Below, one piece after another: positions 54,262-62,293 of a stretch of DNA of 64,000 nucleotides. How positions within the stretch are numbered: position 1 is the stretch's first letter; each line of letters opens with the position of its first letter. The DNA comes from an uncultured Opitutaceae bacterium (GTDB lineage: Bacteria; Verrucomicrobiota; Verrucomicrobiia; Opitutales; Opitutaceae): NCBI GenBank assembly GCA_937983335.1, contig CALKAB010000016.1, forward strand, positions 1,106 through 65,105, given 5' to 3'. The notes beneath the pieces were generated by a model. The model was not told where the DNA came from. It did no database searches and saw nothing but the letters and a program-made list of their open reading frames with translations. The position numbers and the translations under genes are program-made.

Positions 54262-54363
54262 AACCACAGATAAGCACAGATGATCACAGATATAGAATCC
54301 AATGAGGGCGCATGCTTTGGATCACCGGGCTTAATCTGTGTGTATCTGTGTCCATCTGTGGTT
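54262..54363. repeat. CACAGAT-word palindromic intergenic element
   Basis: Left arm AACCACAGATAAGCACAGATGATCACAGATA (54262-54292). The right arm ATCTGTGTGTATCTGTGTCCATCTGTGGTT (54334-54363) has reverse complement AACCACAGATGGACACAGATACACACAGAT. Confidence 0.85.
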
Positions 54364-54380
54364 AATCTGGATTGATTGGT

Positions 54381-55274
54381 ATGCCGAAGCTCGCCGCGTT
54401 CCCCAAGGCCTTTATGCAGCAGCTCTGCAAGGACGGCTCGATGACCCTGCAGCAATGGGTGGATCTCGCCGCGCCGCTCGGTCTCGACGGACTCGAATAC
54501 TACAGCGGCATGCTGGAGCTGGCGGACCCGACGAGGTGGCCGATGGCGCGCCGGCAGGTCGAAGCCGCGGGGATGGTGATACCGATGCTCTGCTGCTCGC
54601 CGGATTTCTCCCAGCTCGATCCGGAACTGCGCCGGATTGAAATCGAAAAGGAAAAAACCTGGATCCGGATGGCGGCTACGCTCGGCGCGAAATATTGCCG
54701 GGTGCTTTCCGGGCAGCGCCGACCGGAGCTGACCGTGGCGCAGGGACTCGACCTTGTGGTGGCCAACATTGAGGCCTGTCTGCCGGAGGCGGAAAAATGC
54801 GGCGTCACGCTCATTCTGGAAAATCATTACAAGGACGATTTCTGGGAGTATCCGGAGTTTGCCCAGAAAATGGACGTGTTCTGCGCGCTGGTGGACCGGC
54901 TGCACCATCCGCACTTCGGCGTGAACTACGACCCGAGCAACGCCTTCCTGGCCGGCGACGATCCGCTGGAGCTGCTGGCGCGCGTGAAGCACCGCGTGGT
55001 GACGATGCACGCGAGCGACCGTTACCTGCTCAGCGGCACGCTGGAGGATTTGCGCAAGGAAGAGGGCGGGGCGCTCGGCTACGCGAAACGGCTCGCGCAC
55101 GGTGAAATCGGCAAGGGGCTCAACGACTACGACGCGATCTTCGGCACGCTCAAGGCCGCGGGCTTCGACAACTGGATCAGCATCGAGGACGGCGTGAACG
55201 GCATGGAGCAGCTCGCCGCGAGCGTGCGCTTCGTGCGCGGCAAGATTTCGCAATACTGGCCGGCTGGAAGGTAG
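54381..55274 (+). CDS. sugar phosphate isomerase/epimerase (xylose isomerase-like TIM barrel)
   Basis: Internal ATG at 54381 (297 aa). Pattern GLDGLEYY ... VTLILENH ... NYDPSN ... SIED. Confidence 0.7.
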   Translation: MPKLAAFPKAFMQQLCKDGSMTLQQWVDLAAPLGLDGLEYYSGMLELADPTRWPMARRQVEAAGMVIPMLCCSPDFSQLDPELRRIEIEKEKTWIRMAATLGAKYCRVLSGQRRPELTVAQGLDLVVANIEACLPEAEKCGVTLILENHYKDDFWEYPEFAQKMDVFCALVDRLHHPHFGVNYDPSNAFLAGDDPLELLARVKHRVVTMHASDRYLLSGTLEDLRKEEGGALGYAKRLAHGEIGKGLNDYDAIFGTLKAAGFDNWISIEDGVNGMEQLAASVRFVRGKISQYWPAGR

Positions 55275-55333
55275 ACGCTGTTATCCTTTGAGCAGTTAAA
55301 ACTGTGATCGTCGCTCTGAGGCGCGGTAGCGCC

Positions 55334-55402
55334 GGTAGGGGCCGATCTCCGAGCGGCCCGCCCGGAGGTCGGGCCCTACCGTGCGGTCACTTCTTTGGGT
55401 AA
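55334..55402 (+). repeat. ~70-bp GC-rich hairpin element
   Basis: GGTAGGGGCCGATCTCCGAGCGGCCCGCCCGGAGGTCGGGCCCTACCGTGCGGTCACTTCTTTGGGTAA. Same orientation as the near-identical copy at 38562-38630. Confidence 0.8.
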
Positions 55403-55509
55403 AGCCAAATAGGGCGACGAGTGCACGCGTCTCCGGGACATGAAAGTGTCGCGCAATGCGTGACACTGTTTTTTTGCGAAAATCGCTCTCGGCGAGGCCG
55501 GGTTTGATT

Positions 55510-56496
55510 TTAGAGCCGAAGGCTCTGTCGCATCCGGTCGAGCTGCCGCAGTGTGGCCTCGGGCAGGTGGCCTTCCTGATAAATGCCGACGTTGAGCGTG
55601 ACGCCACCGCCGACGGCGAGGCATTGCCGGACAAAGGAGAAAAGGTCGGCGTCGGAATACTTGGGGCCGGGCATCGGACCGGTTGGCGGGTGGTTGTAAC
55701 CCCAGGGGCAGTCGATGGGCAGCAGGCCGTGCCATTGGCAGCGTGTGCCGGTCACGAAGCGTTCCGTGGGCAGGACGTAGGTAACCGGGCCTTCGTCGGG
55801 ATTGCCGCAGACGATGCGGTCGCCGTGCAACTGCCAGATCTCGCCGGAGAGGTAATCCTGCAACGGTGTGACGGGCTTTTCGAGGCCGCAGCAGTAGGAG
55901 CCGTCGTTGAAGGCGAGGGCGGCGTCGGGATTGCCGGCACGCGAGGCGTCGCCCCACCAGTCCCAGTGGCGCAGGGCCTGGCGAAAGGCCTTCCAGTTGT
56001 AACAGCCGTCATACCACCAGCCGTGGTGCAGACGGCCGAGACGCAGCGAGTATTCGCGGATAAAGGCGGTGTAGTGGCGCTCGAACTCATTCTGGTCGGC
56101 GGGATTCCACGCGAAGGCCACGTGCAGTTGCGTGGGCGCCTTGATCTCCGCCGGCAGATAGGGGATGAAACGTTTGCCGAGCCGGTGCAGGCCCTGCGCG
56201 ATTTCCAGCACTAGGTCACGCTGCGAGCAGTGGCCCGGGCCGGCGAGGCGGTCGAGCACGGAGTTGGGGCTGGCGTAGAACCCGGTGTTCTGGCCGATGG
56301 TGAAGATCAGCCAGTCGGCGCCGGTGTCGGCAAACTGCTGGAGGAAACGCTCGACCTTGAAGGCGGAGACGGCGCGGTCGAAGTCTTCGATGTAAGGACC
56401 GTTTTCCCGGGCCGGGCCGGGCGGAATCCAGTGCACCATCAGGCCCCAATGACCTGACATCCAGGCGGCGCGATCGGGAGCTGATTCGGCGGGCAT
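55510..56496 (-). CDS. hypothetical glycoside-hydrolase-like TIM-barrel protein (GH29/alpha-L-fucosidase-like N-terminal pattern)
   Basis: Only the last 328 codons of track ORF 55510..57804 are credible (ATG at 56496). The upstream part is antisense to the helicase gene. Motifs WGLMVHWIPPGP ... ADWLIFTIGQNTGFYASPNS ... RDLVLEIAQGLHRLGKRFIPYL recall GH29-type barrels. Family assignment is tentative. Confidence 0.45.
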   Translation of the reverse strand: MPAESAPDRAAWMSGHWGLMVHWIPPGPARENGPYIEDFDRAVSAFKVERFLQQFADTGADWLIFTIGQNTGFYASPNSVLDRLAGPGHCSQRDLVLEIAQGLHRLGKRFIPYLPAEIKAPTQLHVAFAWNPADQNEFERHYTAFIREYSLRLGRLHHGWWYDGCYNWKAFRQALRHWDWWGDASRAGNPDAALAFNDGSYCCGLEKPVTPLQDYLSGEIWQLHGDRIVCGNPDEGPVTYVLPTERFVTGTRCQWHGLLPIDCPWGYNHPPTGPMPGPKYSDADLFSFVRQCLAVGGGVTLNVGIYQEGHLPEATLRQLDRMRQSLRL

Positions 56497-56601
56497 GATT
56501 GGGGGGAGGAGAAAACCGGCCGGAGCGATTGCCGCCAACCCAAATTCCGACGGCCCGAGAATTATCTCTCCTTTTGGCGGCATTCCGGCGAGACTGGGCG
56601 C

Positions 56602-58347
56602 ATGGAGAAACGTCCCTTCAACGAACTCGGCTTGTCCGAGGATATTCTCAAAGCCGTCGGCAAGATGGGCTTTGAGGAGGCTTCGCCGATTCAGACGGCG
56701 GTCATCCCGACCATCATGCAGGGGCGCGATGTCGTCGGTCAGTCTTCGACCGGCTCGGGCAAGACCGTGGCCTTTGCCATCCCCGCGATCGAGGCGGTGG
56801 ACCCGAAGGTGCGTGCGGTGCAGGTGCTGATCCTGTGCCCGACTCGCGAACTGGCGGTGCAGGTGGCGGAGGAGACCGGCAAGATCGCCTTTTTCAAGAA
56901 AGGCGTGATGGGCGTGCCCATCTACGGCGGCCAAAGCTACGAACGGCAGTTCCGCGCGCTCGCGGCGGGCGCCCAGGTGGTCATCGGCACGCCGGGCCGT
57001 GTGATGGACCACATGGAGCGCGGCACGCTGAAGCTCGACAAACTCAAGCTCGTGATCCTCGACGAGACCGACCGCATGCTCGACATGGGCTTCCGCGACG
57101 ACATCGAGCACATCCTCAAGGCGGTGCCCGCCACGCGCCAACTGCTGTTTTTCTCGGCCACGATTCCCCGGGCGATCCAGGACCTGATCAACCGCTACTC
57201 GCAGGATCCGGCTTGGATCAAAATCGAGTCCGTCGCGAAAAATGCCCCGGCGGTGGAGCAGGTCTATTTCGAAGTGGACCGCCGCTCGAAGATCGAGGCG
57301 CTCACGCGGCTGATCGACGTGCACGATTTCCGCTACGGTATCATTTTTTGCAGCACCAAGATCATGGTGGACGACCTCGACGAGCACCTGCACTCGCGCG
57401 GCTACCAGACCGACCGGCTGCACGGCGACATCAGCCAGGCGCAGCGTGACCGGGTGATGGACAAGTTTCGCCGCCGGGGCTTCGAGTTTCTCGTGGCGAC
57501 CGACGTGGCCGCGCGCGGGCTCGACGTGGACGACCTCGAGGTCGTGTTCAACTTCGACCTGCCCAACGACGCCGAGGATTACACGCACCGCATCGGCCGC
57601 ACCGGTCGCGCCGGCAAGACCGGCCGGGCCTTCACCTTCGTCTCCGGCCAGGAGATCTACAAGCTGCAGAGCATGGTGCGCTGGGCGAAACTGAACATCA
57701 AACGCGGCACCATTCCCTCGTTGGACGAAGTCGAGGAAGCACGCACCAACGTGTTCTACGAAAAAATCCGCAGCACGCTCGACGCGAAGCAGTTCAAGCC
57801 ACACGACCGGATGATCGACCGCCTGCTCGACCAGGGCTACGCGAGCACCGACATCTGCTCAGCGCTGATCCATCTCTTGCAAAGCAGCGCGGGTGGCCCC
57901 GTCGCCGCGGCCCCGGCCAAAGCCCCCGCTCCGGGTTGGACGAAGCCAACAAAGGCGTTCAAGCCGGCGCCCGCTTGGGCGGAACAGGCGATGGCGCCGA
58001 AGCGCGATGAAACCGGCCGAGGCGAGGCCGCGTCCGATTCGGCGCCGCGCAAGGTGAAATACGACCGGCCCGCCCGCACCGGGCGCGAGCCGGGCATGGC
58101 CACGGTGTTTCTCAATGTCGGCCGCAAGCAGCTCGTCACCCCGGCCGATGTCGTGGGGAAGATCGCCGGCGTCACCCGGCTGCCGGCTGAGGTGGTCGGC
58201 GCCATCGACATTCACCAGCGACACCTGCTTGTGGACGTAAAGGCCGAGCATGCGCCGCTGATCCTGAAGAAGCTGGCGGGCATCAAACTGAAGGGCGAGG
58301 CACTGGCCCCGGCGGTGGCGACCGAGGCGGACCGGGCGGCAGAGTGA
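56602..58347 (+). CDS. DEAD-box ATP-dependent RNA helicase with DbpA-type C-terminal RNA-binding domain
   Basis: 581 aa. Q motif (GFEEASPIQ), motif I SSTGSGKT, motif II reads DETD rather than DEAD, motif III SAT, motif VI HRIGRTGRAG. C-terminal DbpA-like domain (VFLNVGRKQLVTPADVVGKIAG). Confidence 0.85.
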   Translation: MEKRPFNELGLSEDILKAVGKMGFEEASPIQTAVIPTIMQGRDVVGQSSTGSGKTVAFAIPAIEAVDPKVRAVQVLILCPTRELAVQVAEETGKIAFFKKGVMGVPIYGGQSYERQFRALAAGAQVVIGTPGRVMDHMERGTLKLDKLKLVILDETDRMLDMGFRDDIEHILKAVPATRQLLFFSATIPRAIQDLINRYSQDPAWIKIESVAKNAPAVEQVYFEVDRRSKIEALTRLIDVHDFRYGIIFCSTKIMVDDLDEHLHSRGYQTDRLHGDISQAQRDRVMDKFRRRGFEFLVATDVAARGLDVDDLEVVFNFDLPNDAEDYTHRIGRTGRAGKTGRAFTFVSGQEIYKLQSMVRWAKLNIKRGTIPSLDEVEEARTNVFYEKIRSTLDAKQFKPHDRMIDRLLDQGYASTDICSALIHLLQSSAGGPVAAAPAKAPAPGWTKPTKAFKPAPAWAEQAMAPKRDETGRGEAASDSAPRKVKYDRPARTGREPGMATVFLNVGRKQLVTPADVVGKIAGVTRLPAEVVGAIDIHQRHLLVDVKAEHAPLILKKLAGIKLKGEALAPAVATEADRAAE

Positions 58348-58350
58348 GTT

Positions 58351-58464
58351 GGCCGCAAAAAAGCGCAAAAAATCCAAGGTGATGTCGTAGCTGTTTATCG
58401 CGCCTATAGGCGCACGGGAGACTTTCGTGGGAACCAGCGACACTTTTTGCGCTTCTTTGCGGCC
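58351..58464. repeat. GCGCAAAA-word palindromic intergenic element downstream of the helicase gene
   Basis: GGCCGCAAAAAAGCGCAAAAAA (58351-58372) pairs with CTTTTTGCGCTTCTTTGCGGCC (58443-58464). The spacer contains the small perfect palindrome GCGCCTATAGGCGC. Confidence 0.75.
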
Positions 58465-58553
58465 AATATGCATTGAGCAATTGGGCGCCACGAGATCGTC
58501 ACGCTCCGGTCCTTGACACGCAACCGCTTGCGCCGCTATTGCCATGCCCCCGT

Positions 58554-59171
58554 ATGGAGTTCGCCCTCGACCAACCCGTGCTGGTTTTGAACCGCCTGTG
58601 GCAGGCGGTGAACATCATCGGCGCTCGGCGGGCTTTTGCGCTGCTGGCCCGCGGACATGCGCAGGTGGTTTACAACGATGCGGAGGACTTCCGCACCTTT
58701 TCGATGCTCGACTGGATGGATTTTTCAGCCAGCAACCCGCCGCTGGCCGAGGTCGAGGTTGTCCACACCCCCACGCGCACCATCCGGCTGCCGCGCGTGA
58801 TACTGCTGACTTTCTTCGACAAGCTGCCGTGCAAGGAGCTGAAGCTCACGCGCAACAACGTCTTCGAGCGCGACAAGAACACCTGCCAGTATTGCGCGCG
58901 CGTCTTTCCGCGCGAGCAGCTCAACCTCGACCACGTCATCCCGCGCGACGCCGGCGGCAAGACCACGTGGGAGAACATCGTGTGCTCGTGCATCAAGTGC
59001 AATTCCCGCAAGGCCAACCGGCTGCCGCACGCCGCCAGCATGCGCCTCATCCGCAAGCCCGTGCGCCCGAAGTGGCGGCCGGTCATCTCGCTCGTGCTCG
59101 GCAACCAGCACCGCGAGATGTGGAAGGATTTCCTCGATCTCGCCTACTGGAACGTGGAGCTGGAGGAGTGA
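58554..59171 (+). CDS. HNH endonuclease family protein
   Basis: Internal ATG at 58554 (205 aa). HNH/zinc motif CQYC ... NLDHVIPRDAGGKTTWENIVCSCIKCNSRK. Confidence 0.75.
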   Translation: MEFALDQPVLVLNRLWQAVNIIGARRAFALLARGHAQVVYNDAEDFRTFSMLDWMDFSASNPPLAEVEVVHTPTRTIRLPRVILLTFFDKLPCKELKLTRNNVFERDKNTCQYCARVFPREQLNLDHVIPRDAGGKTTWENIVCSCIKCNSRKANRLPHAASMRLIRKPVRPKWRPVISLVLGNQHREMWKDFLDLAYWNVELEE

Positions 59172-59181
59172 GGTGGGGCGC

Positions 59182-59331
59182 GGATTTTTGATTCTCGATT
59201 TCCGATTTTGGATTGGGGCGAAGGATTTTCCCGCTGATAGCGCGGATGGGCGCGGATGAAGGAGCCTGCTTGCAGGCGATGCAGCACATACGCGGCAGGC
59301 ACGCGCTCCGAATCGCCTACCAGCAGGCTCC
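59182..59331. repeat. composite of repeat half-sites plus a GGAGCCTGC inverted repeat
   Basis: Three parts:
- CGATTTT-word arm at 59182-59214.
- CGCGGAT-word arm (CCCGCTGATAGCGCGGATGGGCGCGGATGAA) at 59231-59261.
- Inverted repeat GGAGCCTGCTTGCAGGCGAT (59261-59280) with ATCGCCTACCAGCAGGCTCC (59312-59331). Confidence 0.65.
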
Positions 59332-59433
59332 TAAAAAGGGTGCTGAGGTTGGCCGTCATTGCGACGCTTGATCCGATTGGAGCCGGATGAAGGTTGGCAT
59401 TGCGGGGCGGCGTTTGCGGGCTAGGGTTGGCGC

Positions 59434-59964
59434 ATGCTCACGACCCTTGTCATGACGATTATCGGGGCCGACCGCCCCGGACTGGTGCAGTTGGTGGCGG
59501 CGACCGTGGCCGACCACGGCGGCAACTGGCTGGAGAGCCGGATGTGTCATCTTGGTGGGCAATTTGCCGGCATCCTGCGCGTAGAGGTGTCAGCGGGAAA
59601 ATCCGACGACCTCGTGCACGCCCTGCAGGAGCTCAAAGGCGCGGGTCTGCGCGTGATCCTGCACACCGAAAGTGGCGTGCCCGTGGCGCAGGCTGCGGCG
59701 AGTGCCACCCTCGACCTCGTGGGGCAGGACCGGCCCGGCATCCTGCGGGCGGTCAGCGCGGTGCTGGCGGCGCACGCGGTGAACGTGGAGGATCTCCGCT
59801 CGGAGCGCGTCAGCGCCCCGATGGGCGGCGGCACGCTGTTTCAGGCCACGGTGCGGGTGTCGGTGCCTTCCACGGTCAACCTCGGCGCGGTCCGGGCCGA
59901 CTTGGAAAAAATCGCGTCCGACCTGATGGTGGACCTGAAGCTCAACGCACTGCCGGCGGATTGA
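59434..59964 (+). CDS. tandem ACT-domain protein (GcvR-like)
   Basis: 176 aa. Two ACT-like repeats (VMTIIGADRPGLVQLVAATVADHGGN and LDLVGQDRPGILRAVSAVLAAHAVN). Confidence 0.6.
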   Translation: MLTTLVMTIIGADRPGLVQLVAATVADHGGNWLESRMCHLGGQFAGILRVEVSAGKSDDLVHALQELKGAGLRVILHTESGVPVAQAAASATLDLVGQDRPGILRAVSAVLAAHAVNVEDLRSERVSAPMGGGTLFQATVRVSVPSTVNLGAVRADLEKIASDLMVDLKLNALPAD

Positions 59965-59987
59965 GAATAGCCGCGTGAGCGTGTGTT

Positions 59988-60200
59988 TTAAGAGCGTCGG
60001 TTGAAGTGCTGGCGGCCGACGAGCCAGAGGGTGGCGGCGGCGATGAGGTCGAGCGCGGCGAGGCCGATGCGCGGGGGCCAGGGCAGCGGCACCGGCAGCA
60101 CCAACAGCAGGACGGCACCGACGACAAGCGCGGTGCAGGTGAGCCAGAGGACGAATTTCTGACGGGCCAAGCGGCTGGTGCGGGGATCGGTCGGTTGCAT
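59988..60200 (-). CDS. hypothetical small membrane protein
   Basis: 70-aa ORF with an ATG start and two hydrophobic helices. No family recognised. Confidence 0.3.
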   Translation of the reverse strand: MQPTDPRTSRLARQKFVLWLTCTALVVGAVLLLVLPVPLPWPPRIGLAALDLIAAATLWLVGRQHFNRRS

Positions 60201-60356
60201 GGAATGTGGAGTGCGCTGAAAGATAATCGGGCCCGGTCGGGATGGCAGTCAAATTTGCCGCGGAGACGCGGAGGCACGGAGTCAGGACGGATCACTCCGC
60301 GCCTCCGGGTCTCCGTGGCTGGTTATGTTTCCAAGCTGCCGAATGGGGGACAGGGC

Positions 60357-60396
60357 GAGAACGAGAAGGATTACGAGAACGAGAAAGAGAGCGATT
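60357..60396. repeat. CGTTCTC-word family half-element
   Basis: GAGAACGAGAAGGATTACGAGAACGAGAAAGAGAGCGATT resembles the right arm of the kinase-leader palindromes. It lies just downstream of the histidine kinase stop. Confidence 0.55.
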
Positions 60397-60397
60397 G

Positions 60398-62146
60398 TTA
60401 GCGGGAGAAGGGGAGGGTGAGGCGCATCGTGGTGCCGGCGGGGTCGGTGGATACGAGGGTGATATCGCCGTGGTGGCTGAGCATGACGCGCTTGGCGATG
60501 GCGAGGCCGAGGCCGGTGCCGTCCTCGCGGCCGGAGAGGAAGGAGTCGAAGATGCGCGGCTGCAGCCCGGGGGCGATGCCGCCGCCGGTGTCCGTGAGGT
60601 CGAGGGTGGCGGCGGGGCCGGTGGTGCCGAGGGTGAGGGTGATGAGGCCGCCCTCGGGCATGGCCTGCATGGAGTTGAGCAGGAGGTTGAGGAGGACCTG
60701 CTGGAGCTGGCCCTTGTGGACCTCGACCATGACGGGTTGGGCCGGCGGCTCGAAGCGGCACTGCACCTTGGCCTGCGCGAGCTTGGGGCGGAGGAGGACG
60801 AGCGTGTCCTGCACGAGGTCGGCCAGGGCCCAGCGCGAATGCAGGCTGCCGGTGGTCTTGCCGAACTGGAGGACGCGGGTGACGATGCTCTCGAGCTGGT
60901 CGAGCTTTTCCCCGATGACGCGCATGTCGGTGCGGCGGGGGTCGCCGTCGGCAAAGTCCAGCCCGAGGCCGCCGTGGAGGAGCTTGAGCACGGTGAGCGG
61001 GTTGCGGATCTCGTGGGCGATCTCGGCGGCGAGCAGGCCGAGGGTGGTGAGGCGTTCGTTTTTGCGCAGCGTCTCCTCGCTTTGGAAGGCGCGGGCGTAG
61101 AGCCGGGCGTTCTGGAGGGCGACGGCCCCGAGACTGGCGAGGCCGGCGCAGAGGCGCTTGGCATCGTTGTCGAAACGGCGGATGCGGTCGCCGAAGACGG
61201 CCAGCGCGCCGAGCACCTCCTGTTCGTAGATCAGCGGGGTGACGAGGACGGAGCGCAGGCCGGGCTCGGCGGGGATGTCCGCGAGTCCGTTGAACTCGGC
61301 GGACTGCACGTCGGCAAACTCCGCCTGGCGGCGGGTATTGACGGTGACGCCGGTGAGACAGGCGCTAACCGGCAGGTCGCCGGCCGGCAGCGGGATGATG
61401 CTGCCCGCGGCGAGGGAGACGCAGCGCATCGTCTCCCGGCCGGGATCGTGGAGGTAGAGCGCCGCCGCGCGGCTGCCGAGCATCTGCCGGGCGTCACGGG
61501 TGAGGGCGTCGAAAAGCTCCTGCGGCTCCAGCTTGGCGACGAGCGACTGGCCGGTGGTGATAAGCGTCTCGAGCTGGCGGGCTTTGCCCTGGAGCTGTTC
61601 CCAGTGCCAAAGCCGGCGAAGAGCGCGGGCGGCTTCATCGGTAAGCCGAACGAGCAGATCGAGGTCTTCCGGCACGAACCCGGCGGCGGGGTGCAGGCGG
61701 TCGAGCACGATGACGCCGAGCACCTGTTCATCCGCGAGTAGCGGCACGGCCATCTGGCTGCGGACATCCGGCCGCACTGCCCTGTAGCGGAGGTCACTGC
61801 CGGCGTCGGCGGCCAGCAGGGGCTGGGCGTGAAGGGCGACCCAGCCGGGCAAGCCTTGGCCGAGATCGAAGGCGAGGCGGTTGTCGTCGGCGGGCAGGTT
61901 GTGGTGGACCTCCAATTCCAAGCGGCTGGTGTCGGGATTGAGGAGCAAGAGTCCGCCGCTCTGGGCGCGCAGGGTCTGCCGGATCACCTCGAAGGCGGTA
62001 TGCGCGGCGGACCCGGCGTCGTGGGCGCGCCCGGCGAGGCTGGCGAGGGTGTAGAGCGCCGTCGAAACCGGATCGGGAGTGGGCGAGGCCGGATCGGGGA
62101 TCGCGGATACCGGATAGCCGGGATTCTGTGCGGGATTATTGGCCAC
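60398..62146 (-). CDS. GAF-domain sensor histidine kinase
   Basis: 582 aa (GTG start in track). Two GAF-like regions, HisKA (IAHEIRNPL), HATPase_c (DTGGGIAP, GTGLGLAIA). Confidence 0.8.
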   Translation of the reverse strand: MANNPAQNPGYPVSAIPDPASPTPDPVSTALYTLASLAGRAHDAGSAAHTAFEVIRQTLRAQSGGLLLLNPDTSRLELEVHHNLPADDNRLAFDLGQGLPGWVALHAQPLLAADAGSDLRYRAVRPDVRSQMAVPLLADEQVLGVIVLDRLHPAAGFVPEDLDLLVRLTDEAARALRRLWHWEQLQGKARQLETLITTGQSLVAKLEPQELFDALTRDARQMLGSRAAALYLHDPGRETMRCVSLAAGSIIPLPAGDLPVSACLTGVTVNTRRQAEFADVQSAEFNGLADIPAEPGLRSVLVTPLIYEQEVLGALAVFGDRIRRFDNDAKRLCAGLASLGAVALQNARLYARAFQSEETLRKNERLTTLGLLAAEIAHEIRNPLTVLKLLHGGLGLDFADGDPRRTDMRVIGEKLDQLESIVTRVLQFGKTTGSLHSRWALADLVQDTLVLLRPKLAQAKVQCRFEPPAQPVMVEVHKGQLQQVLLNLLLNSMQAMPEGGLITLTLGTTGPAATLDLTDTGGGIAPGLQPRIFDSFLSGREDGTGLGLAIAKRVMLSHHGDITLVSTDPAGTTMRLTLPFSR

Positions 62147-62213
62147 GACGGGCAGTTTTGATGGATGCCGCGGCGATGGCCAGAAATTCCCCGAGATGGC
62201 ATTCGAACTTAGC

Positions 62214-62240
62214 GGTCGGCCCGGGGGTCCGACCCTACGG
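62214..62240. repeat. partial GC-rich hairpin element
   Basis: GGTCGG-CCCGGGGGT-CCGACC followed by CTAC. Related to one half of the 22692-22767 element. Confidence 0.45.
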
Positions 62241-62293
62241 GCGCGGCCGCGCCAAAGTGCAGGAATGCCGGATCGCCGGTGGAACCGCTTGGC

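Noticed and set aside
56497-57804. Upper two-thirds of the 764-aa minus-strand ORF 55510-57804.
   Set aside because: This part is antisense to the DEAD-box helicase gene and has shadow-like composition. Only the distal 328 codons (ATG at 56496) look like a real protein.
58514-58545. Sigma-70 promoter TTGACA-N17/18-TATTGC upstream of the HNH gene.
   Set aside because: The -35 hexamer is perfect, but the -10 candidate lacks the invariant final T. There is no supporting evidence, so it is not reported as a feature.
56602-59171. DEAD-box helicase plus HNH nuclease as a phage-defence gene pair.
   Set aside because: The helicase is a standard DeaD/DbpA-type RNA helicase. The two genes are separated by 206 bp that includes a strong hairpin. 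No other defence-associated domains, methylases or mobile-element features are present.
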